Origin: Chloroflexota bacterium
GTDB taxonomy: Bacteria > Chloroflexota > UBA11872 > VXOZ01
Assembly: GCA_965221905.1 (NCBI GenBank)
Contig: OZ244922.1
Span: forward strand, 1,312,001-1,376,000
DNA: 64,000 nt
Direction of reading: 5' to 3'
Position 1 is the first letter of the stretch. Each line of letters begins with the position of its first letter. Shown piece by piece: positions 59,599 to 64,000 of this stretch. Both the position numbers and the translations under genes were made by a program. The notes under the pieces were generated by a model that made no database searches, was not told the origin of the DNA, and saw nothing but the letters and a program-made list of their open reading frames with translations.

Positions 59599-59817
59599 GC
59601 GGCTATTGGAAACTAGCCACTGCCGATGGCCGCTGCCCTTCCTTCAGCGCCTTTCTAGCGGCTGTGTTTCAATAGTTCAGGTATGCCCAAAGGGCTATGA
59701 AAGGCCATTCTTGGAAGCGGACCCGGATGTCAAGGGTCTAAGGTTAACGACTGGGTACGCCTCTGCATAATTTGCTGACCCTAGATTCCGGCTTCCGCCG
59801 GAATTGTACGTGTTGAC

Positions 59818-60033
59818 TAATTCGTTGACAGAGTCCCCTCCCCACTTGGCAGTGTTGACTGTCAATGTCATTCCGAGCGCAGTGAGGAATCTAGGGTCCA
59901 TGCCATACATAGATTAATAGGCTCAGCACTGTAGATTCCTCACTGCGCTGCGCTCCGTTCGGAATGACATGTGTAGTAGTCATATACGGTACTGCGTTTA
60001 GTTGCTCTTGTATTCAAATCTGTCAACGAATTA
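59818..60033. mobile_element. Putative MITE-like element with 15 bp terminal inverted repeats and an internal long palindrome
   Basis: taattcgttgacaga (59818) / tctgtcaacgaatta (60019) perfect IR; internal atgtcattccg...cggaatgacat at 59865-59970. Confidence 0.45.
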
Positions 60034-60086
60034 CCTGACACTTACAGGAATGACGGATGCCGATACAAGCTGTTCGCGCGGCGAAC

Positions 60087-60115
60087 GGACGCAGGTTGCA
60101 AACCTGCGCTACCGG
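60087..60115 (-). repeat. GTAG-type REP (same family as the 61.3 kb array)
   Basis: Reverse complement of ccggtagcgcaggtttgcaacctgcgtcc. Confidence 0.8.
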
Positions 60116-60192
60116 AAAAGCATGGGGGACTCAAGTCAAACCGATTGGGGTTTCCACGGGCTTGGAGAGTTCGTTTCCAGCCATCAACTGCC

Positions 60193-61284
60193 TCACACCT
60201 GCACGGGCCCTGTGAATATGTGCTCGGGAATGAAGCTAGCTTTAGCGCTGGCGTGGACGTGGTCGATGCCGTCGGTGGTAACTTGGGAGAGGGCGGTGAG
60301 GTGGGTGCTTTCGCCGCTGACGCCGCTGCGGTTGCCGCCGCCGTGGCCGCGCAGCCATTGGGGGTCGATCAGTTGCTCGCCTTGCCATTGGCCCTGCGTG
60401 GCGAGCAGGTGACCGAATCGGGCGATGTCGGCGGCGCACATGACCGCCCACCCGGGGCCGCTGCGTACCACGTGACCATTGATGCGGTACGGCGGGTCGA
60501 GGTAGGTGTAAGAGTCAGGGATCTCCGGGTAGAAATACTGCTGTGACTGCACATCCTCACCGAAATACCAGTCCCAGCTATCGGGCGCGATGCCAATCTT
60601 GCCGAAGAGCCGCTCATCCAGCACGTCTTTAAGGTCGCGGTCCCAGACGTATGTCAGCGCCTGCCCCATCCGCCAGAAGCCGGCGCTGCTGTAGTGCTCC
60701 TGTGTGCCGGGCGCAGCATGGGAATAGAGATCGTAGAAGGGATCGCCGGTCCAATTTGCCCAGGCCGGACAGCACTTGTCGGCTTCTTCCTGGGAGCGTC
60801 CCGCACGTCCCTTGGCGTACTCGCTACCAATTTCCATGGGAAAGCCGCCCTGATGGGTGCGGCCGTACTTGGTGCCGATGATGTGCCGCCAGGTAAGGTT
60901 CTCATGGTGGCCGCGGTTGAGGTACTTGTGGGGATGGGAGAGCGCGCCTTCACCCGTCCACGTCCGGTGAATCGGCGCATCGACGTCCAGCAAGCCGTCT
61001 TCCACCGCGAATCCAAGCAGTAGCCACATGAAGGCCTTGCCCATTGACGCGGTCTGGAAGCGGTAGTGCGTGTCGCCCCAGACGTGCACACAATAACCGC
61101 CGCGCGTGAGCATAGTGCCCCACTTGTTGCCGGAGTGGTCCTCGCCGCCAAAACTAGCGCCCATTAGGTCCAGATTGCCCAACCACTCCTCAAACGCGCG
61201 CGGATTGAGGCCCGCTTCTGCGGGAGTGATTGTCACCCAGTCCTCTTCCGGAAAAGTGATCCACGCAGGTAAATCGCGGCTCAT
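60193..61284 (-). CDS. Serine hydrolase (beta-lactamase/penicillin-binding superfamily)
   Basis: SMGK (SxxK), PG...HYSS, LDERLF.KIG, DIARFG.L....G.W.GEQLI, HGG. Confidence 0.82.
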   Translation of the reverse strand: MSRDLPAWITFPEEDWVTITPAEAGLNPRAFEEWLGNLDLMGASFGGEDHSGNKWGTMLTRGGYCVHVWGDTHYRFQTASMGKAFMWLLLGFAVEDGLLDVDAPIHRTWTGEGALSHPHKYLNRGHHENLTWRHIIGTKYGRTHQGGFPMEIGSEYAKGRAGRSQEEADKCCPAWANWTGDPFYDLYSHAAPGTQEHYSSAGFWRMGQALTYVWDRDLKDVLDERLFGKIGIAPDSWDWYFGEDVQSQQYFYPEIPDSYTYLDPPYRINGHVVRSGPGWAVMCAADIARFGHLLATQGQWQGEQLIDPQWLRGHGGGNRSGVSGESTHLTALSQVTTDGIDHVHASAKASFIPEHIFTGPVQV

Positions 61285-61328
61285 TGACGTCCCCTTATCG
61301 CGAAACTCTAGCTAATCCAATCTCGATT

Positions 61329-61558
61329 GAACTCAGGATCCAACCCATGCGGCCCGGTGTAGCGCAGGTTTGCAACCTGCGTCCACCGAACTCAGGATAC
61401 AATCCTCGCGACCCGGTAGCGCAGGTTTGCAACCTGCGTCCACCAAACTCAGGATCCAACCGTTACAGCCCGGTAGCGCAGGTTTGCAACCTGCGTCCAC
61501 TGAACTCAGGATCCAACCCTTGCGGTGGGGTAGCGCAGGTTTGCAACCTGCGTCCACC
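61329..61558 (+). repeat. Tandem array of four 57-59 bp REP-containing units
   Basis: GTAGCGCAGGTTTGCAACCTGCGTCCAC at 61359, 61416, 61473 and 61530, each preceded by AACTCAGGAT.CAA and a variable 11-13 bp segment. Confidence 0.9.
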
Positions 61559-61717
61559 TGCCATGGTCTTCGTTGCAGGTCGGCCGGATTCACATTCACA
61601 CAGGGATGGCAAACCCCTCTTCTCTCGTGCGGGGGACAAACCCCCCATGCCGCGATCTTTCGCTCCACTTAGATTATGGCCGGCAATTGTCACCAACCAA
61701 GCCGTGCTGTCATCTAT

Positions 61718-62890
61718 TTACGCGGGCAGTTCACCCTTGCGCCGGTTAGGTCCAGGGCGGAAGTCCGGCACCTGCATGAGCTTGCTGCCCTGGGCGATAG
61801 ATTCGGAAGCGAGAACGGCAGGAGCGGCGGTGTTCATTGCCTTATAGATGTCGAACTCCAGCGGCACGTCATTGAGCACCGCATCGCGAAACGTGGCGTG
61901 GATGTAGTAGTCGGTGTCGCTATGGCCGCTGCCGCGCGCTTCCTGGGGCGCATCGGTGCGTTGCGGGCGCCAATCTACCTCGGCCAGGTCGTGCATTTGG
62001 GCATCGGCCAACCACAGCTTGGAACTATCGCGCAGCGAGCGCGCCAACTCGACCGAACCCTTGGTGCCCATGATGTGGCACCAGTGGTTATCCCGCGGCG
62101 CGGTGGGCTGGGTGTAAGAAACGGCAAGGCGCATGAGGGCGTCATTGGCCGTCTTCATGATCGCCAGTTGGATATCCGGCTGCTGAATTTCACTGTGAAC
62201 GTAGCTCGGTGAGCGCGTGCTCATGGCGGTCACTTCAGTGACCCGGTCGTCGATGATCATGAGGATCGGGCTGAGTTCATGCGGGAGGTAGTGAATTGGC
62301 GGCATGAGGTTGATCCATGTGGGTTCGGCCTCGGGATGAGCCGCAAGATCGGCGATCGGCACAAGCTGCGCCGTGCCGGGCAGCCGGTGGTAGCGCGCCG
62401 GATCTTTATGGCCGATGTACTGGCCCTCGCAGAAGGTTATCTTGCCGAGTTTCCCTTCCTTCACCAAGTCGCGCCACGCTGTAACGACACCGGAGAAGCG
62501 GCTTTGCTCGGCGAGCTGGTAGACCAGGCCGCTGCGCTCGGCTGCTAGCACGATGCGCCAGCAGTCCTCCATCGTGTGCGCGGCGGGCACCTCGGAGTTG
62601 ACGTGCTTGCCGGCCTCCAGGGCTTGCGCCGCCAAGGCGCCCTGCTCTTTGCAGCGGACCGTCAACGCTATGGCATCCACATTCGGATCCGCTAGAAGGT
62701 CGTCGTACCGTGTATAGGCCGTTACCGAATCCGGGTTTTCCAGGACGGCAAAGGATGGTTCATGGAGCTCGGTGATGGGATCACAGATCGCGGTGACGCG
62801 ATAACCATTGAAACCGTCCAACGTCTTCAACCAGTGACGGCCGCGCCCGCCGAGACCGGCAAGGCCGATACGAATCTCCTTCACAATCAC
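61718..62890 (-). CDS. Gfo/Idh/MocA-family oxidoreductase
   Basis: RIGLAGLGGRG, YDDLLADP.VDAI, AGKHV.SEVP, GSGH..DYY...F. Confidence 0.9.
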   Translation of the reverse strand: MIVKEIRIGLAGLGGRGRHWLKTLDGFNGYRVTAICDPITELHEPSFAVLENPDSVTAYTRYDDLLADPNVDAIALTVRCKEQGALAAQALEAGKHVNSEVPAAHTMEDCWRIVLAAERSGLVYQLAEQSRFSGVVTAWRDLVKEGKLGKITFCEGQYIGHKDPARYHRLPGTAQLVPIADLAAHPEAEPTWINLMPPIHYLPHELSPILMIIDDRVTEVTAMSTRSPSYVHSEIQQPDIQLAIMKTANDALMRLAVSYTQPTAPRDNHWCHIMGTKGSVELARSLRDSSKLWLADAQMHDLAEVDWRPQRTDAPQEARGSGHSDTDYYIHATFRDAVLNDVPLEFDIYKAMNTAAPAVLASESIAQGSKLMQVPDFRPGPNRRKGELPA

Positions 62891-63099
62891 TCTCCAATTC
62901 TGCTTTAAAGACTACACGCTGGGGGCATCGCCCTGAATCCAAGCTGCTTGCCCAAGAGGATATAGCGAATTGCCTGCAAGATGCTCAGGCAAGAGCCTGT
63001 GATCGGGTCTGCCCTCCCATGTCTTGACTATTGATGGTTACGCCCACCTGCCGCCGGTTCTTACACCAAGAAAAATCTTGGGTGGTTGACGGTGGGTAC

Positions 63100-63128
63100 A
63101 GTATACCAGCGCGGACACTCAGCCTGAA
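63100..63128 (-). promoter_or_regulatory. Putative promoter upstream of a structured leader and the Gfo gene
   Basis: Minus strand TTCAGG-N17-TATACT with extended TG. Confidence 0.45.
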
Positions 63129-63358
63129 TCCCGAACGGAACTCGCGGGCTTGGACTCTGGACGTGCAAAGAGGCTCGTCATTGCGCGTATCTCCGTGCAA
63201 ATTCCAATTTCGAAAACAGGTGGAAAATGTGTGGGTTGCGTGATGATTGCAGAATGGTAGAAAAGGGTGTGCACAACCGGCCTAAGAATCATAGGCGAAT
63301 GGTGGGCGCAAGCTACAAGGGACGCTTGACTCAAGCAAACCCTCGCCGGTGCGCGCGG

Positions 63359-63874
63359 TTACCAGCTATCCCGGGCAAACTCTCTTGTCGCGCGGTCCAT
63401 CTCGCGCTGGGCGTCTTTCTCTGCCAGCGCTTGCCGTTTGTCGTAGAGTTTCTTGCCGCGCGCAATGGCGACTTCGACTTTGACCCGGCCGTTGCGCAGG
63501 TAGAGTCGGAGCGGAATGATGGTCTGCCCCTTCATTTGGAAGTGCTGACGCAGGGTGGAAATCTGGTCTTTGTGGAGCAGCAGCTTGCGGGCGCGTGTGG
63601 GCTCGTGATTGACGTACCCGCCACGTTGGTAGGGTGAGATATGGGCATTCCAGAGCCAAGCCTCGCCGCTGATAATGCGCACAAACCCTTCAGTCAGATT
63701 AACGCGGCCGGCGCGAATTGACTTCACCTCGGTGCCCACGAGCGCGAGTCCGGCCTCAAATGTAGCATCCACGTGGTAGTCGTGAAAGGCGCGACGGTTT
63801 GTCACCACCACCATGTTGTTGGGGTCGCGGACGTTGTCAGCGCGGCGTGCCTTTTTTTTCTTAGCTGTTGCCAT
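63359..63874 (-). CDS. smpB: SsrA-binding protein SmpB
   Basis: NRRAFHDY, FEAGLAL.GTEVKSIRAG, HEPTR.RKLLLHK, ARGKKLYDKR. Confidence 0.97.
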   Translation of the reverse strand: MATAKKKKARRADNVRDPNNMVVVTNRRAFHDYHVDATFEAGLALVGTEVKSIRAGRVNLTEGFVRIISGEAWLWNAHISPYQRGGYVNHEPTRARKLLLHKDQISTLRQHFQMKGQTIIPLRLYLRNGRVKVEVAIARGKKLYDKRQALAEKDAQREMDRATREFARDSW

Positions 63875-64000
63875 GAATACAGCATGCCATAGGATGAGCA
63901 ATCAAGGAATGTCCTCAGGGGCGCAACCTGGATTCCTGAAGGAGACTCAACACTGGGCCAAGCGTCACTCTGCAGCTAGCTCGTTTCTGGCGAACGACTT

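Noticed and set aside
61329-61558. CRISPR array
   Set aside because: Variable segments are only 11-13 bp and mutually similar, there are no cas genes, and the repeat occurs singly elsewhere (35728, 60090) like a REP
61284-61847. 187 aa ORF with VAQVCNLRP repeats, and overlapping ORFs in other frames
   Set aside because: Open only because the 57 bp period is a multiple of 3; it overlaps the Gfo gene and has no protein-family signal
63118-63150. c-di-AMP riboswitch suggested by CTGAATCCCG
   Set aside because: The downstream GGGG.GAAT and CAGCTAACC motifs are absent; better explained as a minus-strand -35 element
62900-63358. tmRNA (ssrA) next to smpB
   Set aside because: No acceptor stem (GGGG...CCACCA) or TpsiC GGTTCGA motif found on either strand

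Overview
GC-rich bacterial chromosomal segment, most likely Chloroflexota. The taxon is inferred from the 'FxETGH..G.F..Y....GG...FG.P.SE' surface repeats, Tat-lipoprotein solute-binding proteins, YfhO-type membrane glycosyltransferases and a MacAB-like system with no TolC gene in the window. Housekeeping genes (topA, rmuC, rlmB, dprA, proB, plsY, ggt, fabI, hisC, hppA, smpB) are interleaved with transport and catabolic accessory genes. I found no integrase, transposase, cas, phage or recognisable defence genes. The most notable structure is non-coding: (i) a complete tRNA-Gly(TCC) gene plus its promoter duplicated as a direct repeat around a 2.8 kb islet (solute-binding protein and a DegT pseudogene with three in-frame stops); (ii) several palindromic REP-like families, including a regular 4x57 bp GTAG-REP array that, with an inverted copy, brackets a serine-hydrolase gene; (iii) an 88 bp duplication whose junction lies at a REP palindrome centre; (iv) a 216 bp element with 15 bp terminal inverted repeats; (v) two candidate structured RNAs; (vi) a degenerate internal duplication of the signature-motif segment of an ABC ATPase. 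All calls come from reading motifs by eye; no database searches were run.
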